A stretch of DNA of 64,000 nucleotides from positions 1,184,001 to 1,248,000 of the forward strand of contig CBDDIJ010000005.1 of the NCBI GenBank assembly GCA_965228855.1. Reading direction: 5' to 3'. Both the position numbers and the translations under genes were made by a program. Positions 1-10,750 of this stretch are shown here, in pieces. Within the stretch, counting starts at the first letter, position 1; the number at the start of each line of letters is the position of its first letter. Below the pieces are notes generated by a model. It was not told where the DNA came from, did not search any database, and worked only from the letters and a program-made list of their open reading frames with translations. This stretch comes from Candidatus Obscuribacterales bacterium (GTDB lineage Bacteria; Cyanobacteriota; Vampirovibrionia; Obscuribacterales; Obscuribacteraceae).

Positions 1-2
1 TT

Positions 3-530
3 CAATGTGTCGTTTCCAACGACCCGGAAGCACCAGGATTGCTCATTGCCAAGCAGCATGGTCTGTCAACATTCGGACTTGCCCATAAAGGTATGAAGCG
101 CCGTGAGCACGAAGAAAAGATACTGGAGCACTTGAAACAGTACGAAATCGATTTCATCGTCCTGGCGGGATACATGCGCCTAATCAGTCCGGAGTTCCTG
201 CAAAACTTCAAAGATGACGGCGGCTTCTATCGAGTAGTAAATATTCATCCATCACTACTTCCCTCATTCCCCGGCGTAAGTGGATACGAGGATGCATTCA
301 ATTATGGCGTCAAGGTTTCCGGCGTCACCGTTCACCTTGTCGATGAAGAGCTTGACAGGGGAACGATTCTTGCGCAAGTTCCTTTTCCGCGATTTCCCGA
401 TGACACCCTCACCACATTTAGTGCACGCGGACTTTCGGTGGAGCACGCGCTCTATCCGGCAGTTCTCCAGACAATCGCCAAAGAAGGCGTAAAACTCACT
501 CCCAAGCATAAGGTGGAAGCGAAAAAGTGA
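3..530 (+). CDS. purN: Phosphoribosylglycinamide formyltransferase (5'-partial)
   Basis: Frame is open from the window start (VVSNDPEAPGL). Contains LAGYMRLI, NIHPSLLPSFPG and GVTVHLVDEELDRG formyltransferase motifs. First gene of the pur cluster. Confidence 0.95.
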   Translation, partial: QCVVSNDPEAPGLLIAKQHGLSTFGLAHKGMKRREHEEKILEHLKQYEIDFIVLAGYMRLISPEFLQNFKDDGGFYRVVNIHPSLLPSFPGVSGYEDAFNYGVKVSGVTVHLVDEELDRGTILAQVPFPRFPDDTLTTFSARGLSVEHALYPAVLQTIAKEGVKLTPKHKVEAKK

Positions 531-3500
531 CCAAAACGGCAAATAGCGAAATCGGCACAGAATCAACCTCTTCGTCAGGTAAGACCGAGGTGCTCTCCTT
601 CGCTGTAATCGCGGAAGATGAAAGCAATCTGCCTGTTTACTGGATCAAATACGATCCGGCAGTCACTGGAGAACGGCAACTAATAGACTCCTTGAACGAA
701 ATTCTGGTAGACCCGGTTTTTCAAAAAGGAACCGTAGTCAAGGAAGATCGAATGAACGATCTCCTAAACTCGTTCAAAACAAGCGGGTTTCGATGGCTGG
801 CATTGAAACAATTCTTGCCCGGAGTTACCGATAACCTGGCCCACACAATTGCTGAAGCGTTGAAACTCAAAGGCGTCGACGCATTAGGCGTCGCATCCGG
901 CTCCGGCCACCTGTTCGCTGCCGCCGGTTTCAATACTTCCGAAGAAGTTCAATCTCACGCTCAATATAAACTGTATCATCCGCTCGTGGAAAAGCTGATT
1001 GTAATCGACCTGGACTCATCCTCGAAGAATGCCTCTATCCCAGGATTTCCCGATGTTCTCAGTTCCAAAACCAGACCGCCCGAGACCATTGAGCTTTCGG
1101 GTCTGTCCGATGCGCAACTCGTTTCAATGAGCAAGGAACGCTTGCTTGCTCTGACACTCGAAGAGATGCAAGCAATTCGCGATTACTACGAAAAGAAGGA
1201 AGTTTCCGAATCACGTAAGAAATTGAATCTTCCAGCTGCACCTACCGATGTGGAACTCGAAGTGATTGCTCAGACCTGGTCCGAGCACTGCAAACACAAA
1301 ATCTTCAGTGCGAAAATCGAATACAAAGAGAAGAAAGATTCGAAGGACAATGCTCCGAAGACCTTAAGCGTTGATTCGTTGTATAAAACCTTCATCAAAG
1401 GTGCCACTCGCGAACTTTCTCCACGCCGCCCTGACCTGCTCTCTGTCTTTGAAGATAATTCCGGCGTAGTTAAGTGGAACGAGGACAGCGCAGTGTGTTT
1501 TAAGGTTGAAACACACAACTCGCCATCCGCGTTGGAACCGTACGGAGGAGCATTGACCGGCATCCTGGGCGTCAATAGAGACATCCTCGGTACCGGCCTT
1601 GGTGCCAAACCGATCTTCAATACTGACATATTCTGCTTCGCCCATCCGGATTCGAACCTGGCGGAGCGCCCAAAAATGTTGCCACCGGCAGCGATACCGT
1701 CCGGCGTTCGCAGAGGCGTTCAAGACGGCGGCAATAAGAGCGGGATTCCGACGGTCAACGGCTCGCTCTTTTTCCACGACGGCTACCGTGCGAAGCCGCT
1801 GGTCTTTTGCGGCACCGGAGGCATACTGCCGATTAAACGCGACGGAATCAATCTCTACGAAAAGCATACGAAATCCGGCGATCGTATAGTCATGGTCGGC
1901 GGACGGGTCGGGAAAGACGGCATCCACGGCGCCACCTTCTCGTCCGAATCAATGCACGAAGGTTCACCTGTCACCGCAGTCCAAATTGGCGACCCGTTCA
2001 CGCAGAAGCGCGTCATAGATTTCGTGCTTGCAGCACGCGATAACGGCTTGATTAGCGGCATTACAGACAACGGCGCCGGCGGTTTATCCTCTTCGGTCGG
2101 GGAGATGGCGACCTTCACCGGCGGTGCCTCAATCGACCTCGACGAAGTTCCTCTAAAATATCCCGGTCTCGACGACTGGCAAATCGTAGTATCGGAATCT
2201 CAAGAACGCATGACGATCTCAACTTCTCAAGTCGCGGAACTGAAAGAGCTGGCTGAAGCATACAAAGTAGAAGTCAGCGACATCGGTGAGTTCCACGATC
2301 GCGGATACTTCGAGATCAAACGCGGAGAAAAAACAGTCGGAGTGCTCGATCTGAAGTTTCTACACGATGGATATCCACGTCTGGAATTGCAGGCCGAGTG
2401 GTACCCGATGTCGGAGTCGGAACTAGCCGAAGCGCAGAAATCGCACGGTGAGAACAAAACTACACTGGGAACGAAAACACTGGCAAGATTGGCTTCGGCG
2501 CTCGAAACGAATTCACTGAACACGCAGCTTCAAACCCTGCTCTCACACCCCAACATAGCCAGCAAAGAATTTCTCATCCGCCAGTACGATCACGAGGTTC
2601 AAGGAGCTAGCGTAATCAAGCCTCTGATGGGAACTGCTCAATCCGCACCCTGCGACGCCGCCGTGTTGAAACCGGTATTGAGCGAAGCGGCAGGTCTGGT
2701 GGTTTCAAATGGGATGTGCCCACAGTGGAGCATTCACGATCCTTACCTGATGGCGGTGTCCGCAGTCGACGAAGCCGTTCGCAACGCCGTTGCTGTCGGT
2801 GTCGATCCGGAAACCGTCTGCGTTCTCGACAACTTCTGTTGGCCAGACCCCGTAAAGTCAGAGCGCAACCCGGATGGCGATTATAAACTCGGTCAGCTGG
2901 TCAGAACCTGCCAGGGTCTGTACGACATCTGCATCGAATATGGTGCACCTCTGATATCCGGCAAAGACAGTATGAAAAACGACTTCGATGACGGCGTGAT
3001 CAGGCTTTCGATTCCACCGACTCTGCTCGTCTCCGCGATTGGAAAAACTCCGGACAGTTTGAAAGTCGTGACCATGCAGTTCAAACAAGCAGGCGATTTG
3101 ATTTACATTCTGAGCGCGGGCTCTACCGCTTTGACAGGCAGTCACTACGGCGCTCTGTTTGAATCAGCCGGGACTGCGCTGCCGAGTCTGAATCTCAAAG
3201 CCGCGCACCGACTATATAAAACACTGTTCAAGGCAATCCAAAACGGTCTTGTGAATTCTGCCCACGATACCTCAGAAGGCGGCTTAGCAGTTGCTCTTGC
3301 CGAATGTTGCATCGGAAGCAGTTTAGGCGCAAACCTTCCACTCGAGGACGTCCTTCAAGCAATGAATAAGTCGCGAGAAAACGCAAGCCGTGAAGCGAGA
3401 GTGAAAACGAAAGCGACTGCGCCACTTGATGATTCGATGAAGTCAGCACTGGCACTGTTCGGAGAAGGTCCCGGAACAATGGTCGTAACGGTTTCTCCGC

Positions 3501-3679
3501 GAAACGTTTCGGCGTGGGAGCAACTCTGGGATGATGACTCAATAGTTTCCGCCCATATCGGCACCGTCAGTGGTGACGCTCGACTTCTGATTTCCGGACA
3601 ATCCAGTAACATGCCCGGTATCGACCTGAGTTTAAATCAGCTTAAAACCGCATGGACTGCGCCCCTACCGTTTGACTAA
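527..3679 (+). CDS. purL: Phosphoribosylformylglycinamidine synthase, synthetase subunit (1050 aa, no fused glutaminase)
   Basis: AQTWSEHCKHKIF, KVETHNSPSALEPYGGA, DNGAGGLSS, SESQERM and HDTSEGGL motifs. GTGA overlap with purN. Confidence 0.96.
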   Translation: MTKTANSEIGTESTSSSGKTEVLSFAVIAEDESNLPVYWIKYDPAVTGERQLIDSLNEILVDPVFQKGTVVKEDRMNDLLNSFKTSGFRWLALKQFLPGVTDNLAHTIAEALKLKGVDALGVASGSGHLFAAAGFNTSEEVQSHAQYKLYHPLVEKLIVIDLDSSSKNASIPGFPDVLSSKTRPPETIELSGLSDAQLVSMSKERLLALTLEEMQAIRDYYEKKEVSESRKKLNLPAAPTDVELEVIAQTWSEHCKHKIFSAKIEYKEKKDSKDNAPKTLSVDSLYKTFIKGATRELSPRRPDLLSVFEDNSGVVKWNEDSAVCFKVETHNSPSALEPYGGALTGILGVNRDILGTGLGAKPIFNTDIFCFAHPDSNLAERPKMLPPAAIPSGVRRGVQDGGNKSGIPTVNGSLFFHDGYRAKPLVFCGTGGILPIKRDGINLYEKHTKSGDRIVMVGGRVGKDGIHGATFSSESMHEGSPVTAVQIGDPFTQKRVIDFVLAARDNGLISGITDNGAGGLSSSVGEMATFTGGASIDLDEVPLKYPGLDDWQIVVSESQERMTISTSQVAELKELAEAYKVEVSDIGEFHDRGYFEIKRGEKTVGVLDLKFLHDGYPRLELQAEWYPMSESELAEAQKSHGENKTTLGTKTLARLASALETNSLNTQLQTLLSHPNIASKEFLIRQYDHEVQGASVIKPLMGTAQSAPCDAAVLKPVLSEAAGLVVSNGMCPQWSIHDPYLMAVSAVDEAVRNAVAVGVDPETVCVLDNFCWPDPVKSERNPDGDYKLGQLVRTCQGLYDICIEYGAPLISGKDSMKNDFDDGVIRLSIPPTLLVSAIGKTPDSLKVVTMQFKQAGDLIYILSAGSTALTGSHYGALFESAGTALPSLNLKAAHRLYKTLFKAIQNGLVNSAHDTSEGGLAVALAECCIGSSLGANLPLEDVLQAMNKSRENASREARVKTKATAPLDDSMKSALALFGEGPGTMVVTVSPRNVSAWEQLWDDDSIVSAHIGTVSGDARLLISGQSSNMPGIDLSLNQLKTAWTAPLPFD

Positions 3680-3689
3680 AGGAGACTCG

Positions 3690-4469
3690 ATGAAAGCGCC
3701 CAAAGCGATAGTAATATCCGGAGATGGTATCAACTGCGAATCTGAGACTCGCTTTGGACTCGATCTTGCCGGCTTTCAGTCGCAAGAGATTCACATCGCC
3801 GCCCTTCTTGCCAATCCGAAGATTTTAAACAATTTCTCGCTACTTGTTTTCCCAGGCGGATTTTCATTCGGCGATGAAATCGCAAGTGGCAGGGTCATCG
3901 CCATCAAATGGATGGAAAAACTCAACGAGATTACAGCGGAGTTCATCGACAGAGGAAATCTGGTTATAGGCATTTGCAACGGTTTTCAAATGCTGGTGCA
4001 GATGAATCTCCTGCCGGAAATGAAAACACCAGGCGAAAAAATTGTCAGCCTGGTTCATAACTCGGGCGGGCGTTTCATAAATCGCTGGGTGGAAATGACG
4101 GTTCCGCTCCACGCTCAAAAAGGTTACTTCGCGTCCCTTGAAAATATCGAACTTCCGATCCGCCACGGCGAAGGTCGCATCCGTCCAGCCGCTGGACACG
4201 AGGATATTATCGAACAACATGGCGTTCTGAATTACGTCGAAGATATAAACGGCAGCTTTAAAAGAATTGCAGCGCTTACGAATAGCAGGGGAAACGTCCT
4301 TGGTCTCATGCCGCACCCGGAGGCATTCGTGCGCTTCTCGCAACATCCAGCCTGGACAGACCGCGTTCATCGCGCGAACATTGCCCCCAGTGACGAAACC
4401 TTCGAGGGTCGAGGTCCTGATGGACTGGCGATTCTCAAGAATGCCTGCGCAATGGCGCAAAACAACTGA
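3690..4469 (+). CDS. purQ: FGAM synthase glutaminase subunit
   Basis: PGGFSFGD, GICNGFQ (catalytic Cys) and GLMPHPE motifs. AAGGAG RBS precedes ATG 3690. Confidence 0.95.
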   Translation: MKAPKAIVISGDGINCESETRFGLDLAGFQSQEIHIAALLANPKILNNFSLLVFPGGFSFGDEIASGRVIAIKWMEKLNEITAEFIDRGNLVIGICNGFQMLVQMNLLPEMKTPGEKIVSLVHNSGGRFINRWVEMTVPLHAQKGYFASLENIELPIRHGEGRIRPAAGHEDIIEQHGVLNYVEDINGSFKRIAALTNSRGNVLGLMPHPEAFVRFSQHPAWTDRVHRANIAPSDETFEGRGPDGLAILKNACAMAQNN

Positions 4470-4483
4470 GTGAGGAGAGGATA

Positions 4484-5497
4484 ATGGAGCCGAAAACCTA
4501 CGCCGAAGCAGGAGTCGACATTCACAAAGCCGACGCATTCGTCGCAAGATTGAAACACTCGGCGCGCCGCGACGGTCACAAGCGGCTCTGGCCGGCAGCC
4601 GGCGGTTACGCATCCGTTTACCCCGTCGCCGGCAACCTGGCAGTTGCCCTCACCACCGATGGTGTCGGCACCAAGTTGCTTCTCGGTCTCGAACAAAAAA
4701 AACTCGACACCATCGGTATAGACCTGGTCGCCATGTGCGTCAATGACCTCCTTTGCGTCGGAGCCACCCCGGCGACTTTCCTCGACTATTACGCGACTGG
4801 GAAACTAGACGAACAGCTCTCTGACGACCTGGTAGCAGGTATTATCGAAGGCTGCGATCAATCAGGAATGCTGCTTGTGGGTGGGGAAACCGCCGAGCTT
4901 CCCGACCTCTACCAGCACGGACATTTCGACTTAGCCGGCTTCGCCATGGGAACGGTTTCGCGCGAAGCGTTGATCACCGGGGAAAACCTGAAGCCAGGCG
5001 ATAAAATAATCGGTGTCGCATCAAGCGGCGTGCACTCGAATGGTTTCTCTCTAGCCAGGAAACTTATTGCTCAAGATCACCCGCTGCGTCAGACCCTTCT
5101 TACGCCGACGGCAATCTACGCCCAGCCAGTGGTGAGGCTTTCGAACGAATATCCGGGCGCTATAAAGGGTGCCGCTCACATCACCGGCGGTGGCTGGACA
5201 AACATTACGAGGCCAAATAAGTCGCTCGGATATGTGATTGAAAACCACCTCCCTGTGCCGGAAGTAATGAAGTTTATGAGCGAGACAGTCGCTATAGAAG
5301 AGATGTATAAAACATTCAACATGGGCATGGGATTCTGCATAATGACCGATGCCGCTCATGTCGACAAAGTGATTGAGACCTTCCAGGCATCACAGTTTAA
5401 CGCGATGGTCGTTGGAGAAATATTTGATAAGAAACCGGCTCTAACGATTAGAGGAGTCAGTCAAAAGGAGATCGTGTTTGCGACATCCGCGAAGTAG
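4484..5497 (+). CDS. purM: Phosphoribosylformylglycinamidine cyclo-ligase (AIR synthetase)
   Basis: TYAEAGVDI, TDGVGTK, GGETAELP, SSGVHSNGFSL, HITGGG and TFNMGMG motifs. Confidence 0.97.
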   Translation: MEPKTYAEAGVDIHKADAFVARLKHSARRDGHKRLWPAAGGYASVYPVAGNLAVALTTDGVGTKLLLGLEQKKLDTIGIDLVAMCVNDLLCVGATPATFLDYYATGKLDEQLSDDLVAGIIEGCDQSGMLLVGGETAELPDLYQHGHFDLAGFAMGTVSREALITGENLKPGDKIIGVASSGVHSNGFSLARKLIAQDHPLRQTLLTPTAIYAQPVVRLSNEYPGAIKGAAHITGGGWTNITRPNKSLGYVIENHLPVPEVMKFMSETVAIEEMYKTFNMGMGFCIMTDAAHVDKVIETFQASQFNAMVVGEIFDKKPALTIRGVSQKEIVFATSAK

Positions 5498-5603
5498 AAG
5501 TTAAAACGATCCGAGCTGCCTGATCGAAATGAAACCACTAAACTGAAAATTCAAGCCCAAACTACAACTACCGCACCGCATCAACGCCACCAAGGAGAGA
5601 AAA

Positions 5604-7196
5604 ATGCCGACCGCACTAATCAGCGTCTCAGACAAAACAGGATTGATCGATTTCCTGAAGGAGCTTCGCAAGCACGACAAAGACTACAAATTCGTAGCCA
5701 CCACAAGCACCGCCGAACACCTCAAGGAAAACAAAATCGACTGCATCACAGTTGAGAGCATAACGAAGTTTCCAGAGATTCTGGGCGGTCGCGTCAAGAC
5801 ACTGCACCCGAATATTTTCGCAGGCATCCTCGCTCGCGCCACGGATGAAGATCGCGCGACTCTGAAGGAAATCGGTTTAGAAGAAATAGATATGGTTGTC
5901 GTCAACCTGTATCCGTTTGAAAAGAAACTGCAAGAAGGTCTTCCCGAGCCCAAGATGATTGAGCAAATTGACGTCGGCGGTCCTTCAATGATCAGAGCGG
6001 CGGCGAAGAACTTCGATCGGGTCGCGGTCGTTTGCGATCCGGAACAGTATAAGGCGGTTCTTGAAACGATGACCGCCAACTCTGGCAAACTCACCAAAGA
6101 CTTCCGCCGGGAACTCTCATCCCAAGCCTTTCAACGGACCATGCGCTACGATACTGCAATCAGCGGATATATGTTGGAGCGCGTAGCTGCTGCAAAGACG
6201 GCCGAGTCGTCCAACGGCGATTCAAAAGCGATGCCTGAAAATGTAAGCGTCAGTCTCGCCCAGCACCAAAAACTCCGGTACGGCGAAAACCCACACCAAT
6301 CCGCAGTTTGGTACGCTCCGAATAGACACCACGCCGCCTCCTCCGACATTAGCTTTCCTCCTTTCGAACAATTGCAAGGAAAGGAAATGTCGTCTAACAA
6401 TATCGTTGATACCTTCGCATTGGTAAAGTTCCTTCGCGAGATGGACGACCCTGCATGCTGTATCATCAAGCACAATAATCCATGTGGAATAGCGCGCGGC
6501 AAGACTTTGCACGAAGCATTCACCAAAGCACACCAGACCAATCCGGTCTCCGCATTTGGTGGCATCTTCGGTTTCACAAGCGAAGTTACAGAAGAGATCG
6601 CAAAAGAAGTAACGAAGGATTTCATAGAAATCGTCGCAGCTCCGTCGTTTAGCAAAGGCGCAATGGACGTGCTTTTGAAGAAGAAAAACGTTCGCGTGCT
6701 CAAATTCAAGCAGGGCGTTCTCCAGCATCAAGAATCAGACAAATGGCATGCTCGCGACCTGCAAGATTTCGGTTGGATAATCGAGCGAAGCGATGAACCC
6801 GCCCCGCCGGTGGACAACTTCGAATGCGTTGCCGGCACCTATCCAAGCGACCTGAAGGACGACATCAAGTTCGCCTGGGGCGTCGTAAAACACCTGACTT
6901 CAAACGCCATCTTCATCGCTAAAGATGGCGTATCACTCGGCTTCGGCATTGGTCAAACCAGCCGAATCGCCAGCGTCAAAATTGCTCTTGAAGAAGCTGG
7001 TGAAAAAGCAAGAGGCGCAATCCTCGCAAGTGATGCCTTCTTCCCTGCAACCGACAACATCGAAGAAGCTGCAAAAGCCGGTATCAAAGTTATCGTCCAA
7101 CCAGGCGGTAGCATCAAGGATCCGGACGTTATCGAGGCTTGCAAGGAAAAAGGAATTACGATGCTCCTGACCGGGCAACGTTGTTTCAAACACTAA
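5604..7196 (+). CDS. purH: Bifunctional AICAR transformylase / IMP cyclohydrolase
   Basis: [42 protein letters not shown] and QPGGSIKD motifs. AAGGAG RBS. Confidence 0.97.
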   Translation: MPTALISVSDKTGLIDFLKELRKHDKDYKFVATTSTAEHLKENKIDCITVESITKFPEILGGRVKTLHPNIFAGILARATDEDRATLKEIGLEEIDMVVVNLYPFEKKLQEGLPEPKMIEQIDVGGPSMIRAAAKNFDRVAVVCDPEQYKAVLETMTANSGKLTKDFRRELSSQAFQRTMRYDTAISGYMLERVAAAKTAESSNGDSKAMPENVSVSLAQHQKLRYGENPHQSAVWYAPNRHHAASSDISFPPFEQLQGKEMSSNNIVDTFALVKFLREMDDPACCIIKHNNPCGIARGKTLHEAFTKAHQTNPVSAFGGIFGFTSEVTEEIAKEVTKDFIEIVAAPSFSKGAMDVLLKKKNVRVLKFKQGVLQHQESDKWHARDLQDFGWIIERSDEPAPPVDNFECVAGTYPSDLKDDIKFAWGVVKHLTSNAIFIAKDGVSLGFGIGQTSRIASVKIALEEAGEKARGAILASDAFFPATDNIEEAAKAGIKVIVQPGGSIKDPDVIEACKEKGITMLLTGQRCFKH

Positions 7197-7230
7197 AGCG
7201 AACTCAACAACCCATAATTCGAGGTTCAAA

Positions 7231-7758
7231 GTGGTTGACAATAAACAGATACAAGTCGGAATCGTAATGGGAAGTTCATCCGATTACGAGACGATGAAGC
7301 ATGCCGAAGACATACTGATTGAATTCGAAGTGCCATACGAGATTCAGGTAGTCAGCGCCCACAGAACCCCGAAACTCATGTACGAATACGCCGAGAAGGC
7401 AAAGTCCAGAGGATTGAAAGTTATCATTGCCGGAGCAGGTGGCGCCGCCCACCTGCCCGGCATGATTTCGGCCATGACACCGCTGCCGGTGCTGGGCGTG
7501 CCTGTGAAATCGAGAGCTTTGAACGGTTTAGATAGTCTGCTATCGATTGTTCAAATGCCCGGTGGCGTTCCAACCGCGACATTCGCGGTTGGAGAGAGCG
7601 GCGCCCTCAATGCGGCCCTCTTCGCCGTACGCATGCTGTCATTGACTGACGATGACCTGGCTATCAAGCTCGACGAATTTATCGTAAAGAAGGCAAATCA
7701 AGCACTCGCAGGAAACGAAACTGTTCAAGCTCGCATAAAATCCGGAGAATATCTGTAA
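7231..7758 (+). CDS. purE: N5-CAIR mutase
   Basis: [25 protein letters not shown] and [10 protein letters not shown] motifs. Confidence 0.97.
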   Translation: MVDNKQIQVGIVMGSSSDYETMKHAEDILIEFEVPYEIQVVSAHRTPKLMYEYAEKAKSRGLKVIIAGAGGAAHLPGMISAMTPLPVLGVPVKSRALNGLDSLLSIVQMPGGVPTATFAVGESGALNAALFAVRMLSLTDDDLAIKLDEFIVKKANQALAGNETVQARIKSGEYL

Positions 7759-8972
7759 TGAAACGCGTCGGAATCTTAGGCGGCGGGCAACTCGGGATGC
7801 TCCTCGCTAACAGTATTTTTACGCTGGGCGGTCGAGTCAATGTCTTCGACCCGGACCCGGAAGCGCCCGCCTGCAATCATGTTAAAAACAGCATCAACTT
7901 TCCCTGGATGAACTACGATGCTCTCAATAATTTTTTCGACATCAGTGACGTCGTTACATACGAATTTGAGAATGTGGAAAGCGCCCCGCTAGTCTCCCTC
8001 GGGCATCTCAAGCCCATCTACCCGAGCGTCAAGGTTTTAAAAACCTGCCAGGACCGCGCTCTGGAAAAGAAGTTTTTACTCGCTGCCGGACTGCCACATG
8101 CTAATTTCGTGGTAGCTGATTCGGTGGCACATCTCCGTGCGCAAGCGAACCACATCAACTTTCCTTGTATTGTCAAAACCGCTCGCGGCGGCTATGACGG
8201 CAAGGGACAGTTCAAAATTTCCAGCAGAGAAGAATTCCAATCGTTTCTCGATGATCCGAAAAACGACTGGTTGGAAACCTTCACAGGTGTTGTTGAAGAA
8301 GTTATAGAATTGGAAACCGAAGTAAGCTGTATCGTCGCGAGGCCGTTAAACGGGGCTCCAGTAGCCTTTCCGATACTGGAGAACATTCACAAAGAGCACA
8401 TTTTGGACATAACCGTCCTCCCAGCACGAATTCCAAACTCTGTTCAAAAGAACATAAAAGAAATCGCCATTGAAGCCGCTACCAAACTCGATGTATGCGG
8501 TTTGCTTACCACCGAATTTTTCCTGTCAAAAACCAAAAGCGCAACATCGCCTGGTATCGAATGCGATGGCTGGTTTATTTATATAAACGAGTTCGCGCCC
8601 CGCCCGCACAACTCCGGTCACGTGACTACGAGCGCCTGTTGCATGAGTCAATATGATGCGCTTGCTCGTATCCTCCTCGACGTTCCGCTTCAGGAACCAC
8701 TCGTGATTTCAACGGGAACGTTTTGCATGATGAACTTGCTCGGTGATGTCTGGCTTTCCCAGGGTTCAAAAGACTACGATGCAAAGCTTGATTTGTCTGC
8801 ACTACGCGACCACCCTCAAGTTCTCGATGTCGTCATTTACGGGAAGAGAGAGCCGCGCGCCAAACGAAAAATGGGACACTTTATCACCTACGGCAAGACT
8901 CCGGAAAACGCAATCGAAGCGGCTCACGCCTTTCGCAACAGTCTGAAAAATACCAAAGTGACCGCATCGTGA
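7758..8972 (+). CDS. purK: N5-CAIR synthetase (ATP-grasp)
   Basis: GILGGGQLG, GGYDGKGQ, NEFAPRPHNSGH and YGK..R..RKMGH motifs. TAATG coupling to purE. Confidence 0.96.
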   Translation: MKRVGILGGGQLGMLLANSIFTLGGRVNVFDPDPEAPACNHVKNSINFPWMNYDALNNFFDISDVVTYEFENVESAPLVSLGHLKPIYPSVKVLKTCQDRALEKKFLLAAGLPHANFVVADSVAHLRAQANHINFPCIVKTARGGYDGKGQFKISSREEFQSFLDDPKNDWLETFTGVVEEVIELETEVSCIVARPLNGAPVAFPILENIHKEHILDITVLPARIPNSVQKNIKEIAIEAATKLDVCGLLTTEFFLSKTKSATSPGIECDGWFIYINEFAPRPHNSGHVTTSACCMSQYDALARILLDVPLQEPLVISTGTFCMMNLLGDVWLSQGSKDYDAKLDLSALRDHPQVLDVVIYGKREPRAKRKMGHFITYGKTPENAIEAAHAFRNSLKNTKVTAS

Positions 8973-9056
8973 CGGGACCGTGGTAGTTTTCACATAGATT
9001 TTTTGAAACTATTTCAGCATCATGTAGAGACTCGAATACTCGCGAGGTTTCTCAAC

Positions 9057-10370
9057 ATGTGTGAATTTTGCACCGGCAACGTAAAACTCGAACACTCTTC
9101 AGCCAACTCACCTGGCTCCGATTCGCAGGCAGGCAGTGAGAAGAAAACGGCTGACGACGCTCGCAGCGCCCTCTCGCTCGATGCAGATCTGGCGAAACCT
9201 CCAAATGAGACCGATGCAAAACAATCTCTTCTGAAGATGTACGGAGTAGAAACTCGCGACCTCGACGGCGGTCAAACCGAATTCTTCTACCGAGCCGGCG
9301 GCCACGACAATGTGGTTTTACGGACCGCATCCGATGCTGATAGCCTCGCAAAAGCCCCCGATCAACTGGACAAAATCGTTCAACAACGAGTCGACTCAAT
9401 CGAAAAACAATTCAAAGTCACTATTGCGAAACCAGGTGAATTCGCGACAACAGCGGAAGTTAACGACGATGACTGCAAGCCCGTTGCCGGCGAGAAGGTT
9501 TATGCTCGTCAGGGCACGCTACCTGTATTATTCGGATTAGAAGAGGGTTTGAAGCAGTCGCAACCCAGCCAATTTCTTGCAGATGGCAAAGAAGGAATTA
9601 AAATCTATCTGCTCGATAAACAAGCTGCTCCCGATTTCTACGGGGGACGCAAAATTCAAGGCACTTACAGATTCAAAAGTGATAACGGAAAACCGGTAAT
9701 CTTTATAACTCCGGCAGGCCAGGAACAGCCGGCGACCTCGAAAGATACGTTGAAACCTGGTGACCGTAATGTTGCATGGATTACGACACACGAAATTGCG
9801 CACAACAGTCAAAGTATTCAATGGGGTCGAGAGACTCCCGAAAACGTGGCGGTTGCACTGGGCTGGGAGAAATATCAGCACAAAAGTGGAGTAACCGTTT
9901 TCCCGTTCATCGAAGGCAAAAATGGTGATCTGTATTTCAACGGCTCCGACTCGTGCAAAACACCGACTACCTGGTTCTCAATTCACAAAACAGGTTGGCC
10001 GCTGGATGCAAACGGATTACCGGTGAAATCAATTGCGGAAGCAAGCAAATTCACAAACGAAGAAGTGATGGATCGCGCCAAAGTCCGCCCGAGTACCTTC
10101 TATTTCTCAAGCCCTTTTGAAGAGATGGCCGAAGCGATTACGTCATACAGATATAGCCCAGAGAGCCGCGCTCAGCTGTTTAAGCAATCGCCGAAGCTCT
10201 ATGAAATCACGGCGGAATACGATAGGAAGGAATTAGCAGACTTCTACGGAAAAGATTGGTCGTGGAACGCAAAAATGGTACGCACGCCGGATGGACATGT
10301 TGTTCCTCGCACCCCAGACTCAGTTAGGCAAATAGACGAATTTGAAAAGCAACTTCGCGCAGGCGGATAA
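9057..10370 (+). CDS. Hypothetical protein with HEXXH zincin-like motif (putative metallopeptidase)
   Basis: THEIAH motif plus downstream FEEMAEAITSY helix. ATG 9057 has a GAGGT RBS (the ORF track starts at 9003). Confidence 0.6.
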   Translation: MCEFCTGNVKLEHSSANSPGSDSQAGSEKKTADDARSALSLDADLAKPPNETDAKQSLLKMYGVETRDLDGGQTEFFYRAGGHDNVVLRTASDADSLAKAPDQLDKIVQQRVDSIEKQFKVTIAKPGEFATTAEVNDDDCKPVAGEKVYARQGTLPVLFGLEEGLKQSQPSQFLADGKEGIKIYLLDKQAAPDFYGGRKIQGTYRFKSDNGKPVIFITPAGQEQPATSKDTLKPGDRNVAWITTHEIAHNSQSIQWGRETPENVAVALGWEKYQHKSGVTVFPFIEGKNGDLYFNGSDSCKTPTTWFSIHKTGWPLDANGLPVKSIAEASKFTNEEVMDRAKVRPSTFYFSSPFEEMAEAITSYRYSPESRAQLFKQSPKLYEITAEYDRKELADFYGKDWSWNAKMVRTPDGHVVPRTPDSVRQIDEFEKQLRAGG

Positions 10371-10480
10371 GCAAATTCGGATTTCAAGCAGTTTACAATG
10401 AAACCTCAGCGAACAGGCGGGGCTTGGTTGTGTTTTTCCGCCACGCTAACGGTTTTACTTCTTCTATAGAGGACTAGACT

Positions 10481-10696
10481 ATGACGATGACATACGGTGC
10501 AAGAAACAAAATCAAAGGCAAAGTAATCGACGTCAAAAGCGACGCCATTATGTCGCAAGTGAAGTTCGAGACCGCATCCGGCGAGATGTCTTCAGTCCTC
10601 ACGACAGAGTCTGTGGAAGACATGAACCTTCGCGTCGGCGATACAGTGGAACTGGTGATTAAGGCAATTCACGTACTTCCCGTCAAACACACATAG
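10481..10696 (+). CDS. TOBE/Mop-type molybdate-binding protein (molbindin-like)
   Basis: GARNKIKGKV...SVLTTESVEDMNLRVGDTV..VIKA matches the Mop/TOBE pattern. GAGGA RBS. Confidence 0.85.
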   Translation: MTMTYGARNKIKGKVIDVKSDAIMSQVKFETASGEMSSVLTTESVEDMNLRVGDTVELVIKAIHVLPVKHT

Positions 10697-10701
10697 AGAA
10701 A

Positions 10702-10725
10702 CTTGCGCCACCGGAGTGGCGCAAG
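10702..10725. terminator. Intrinsic terminator hairpin between convergent genes
   Basis: CTTGCGCCAC-CGGA-GTGGCGCAAG is a perfect 10-bp stem with a short T-rich tail on the minus strand. Confidence 0.7.
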
Positions 10726-10750
10726 CGGAGACGTGGATTAAACTTTCGAA

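Noticed and set aside
5498..5603. Possible ZTP or purine riboswitch between purM and purH
   Set aside because: A/C-rich, short and without the expected conserved motifs or stems.
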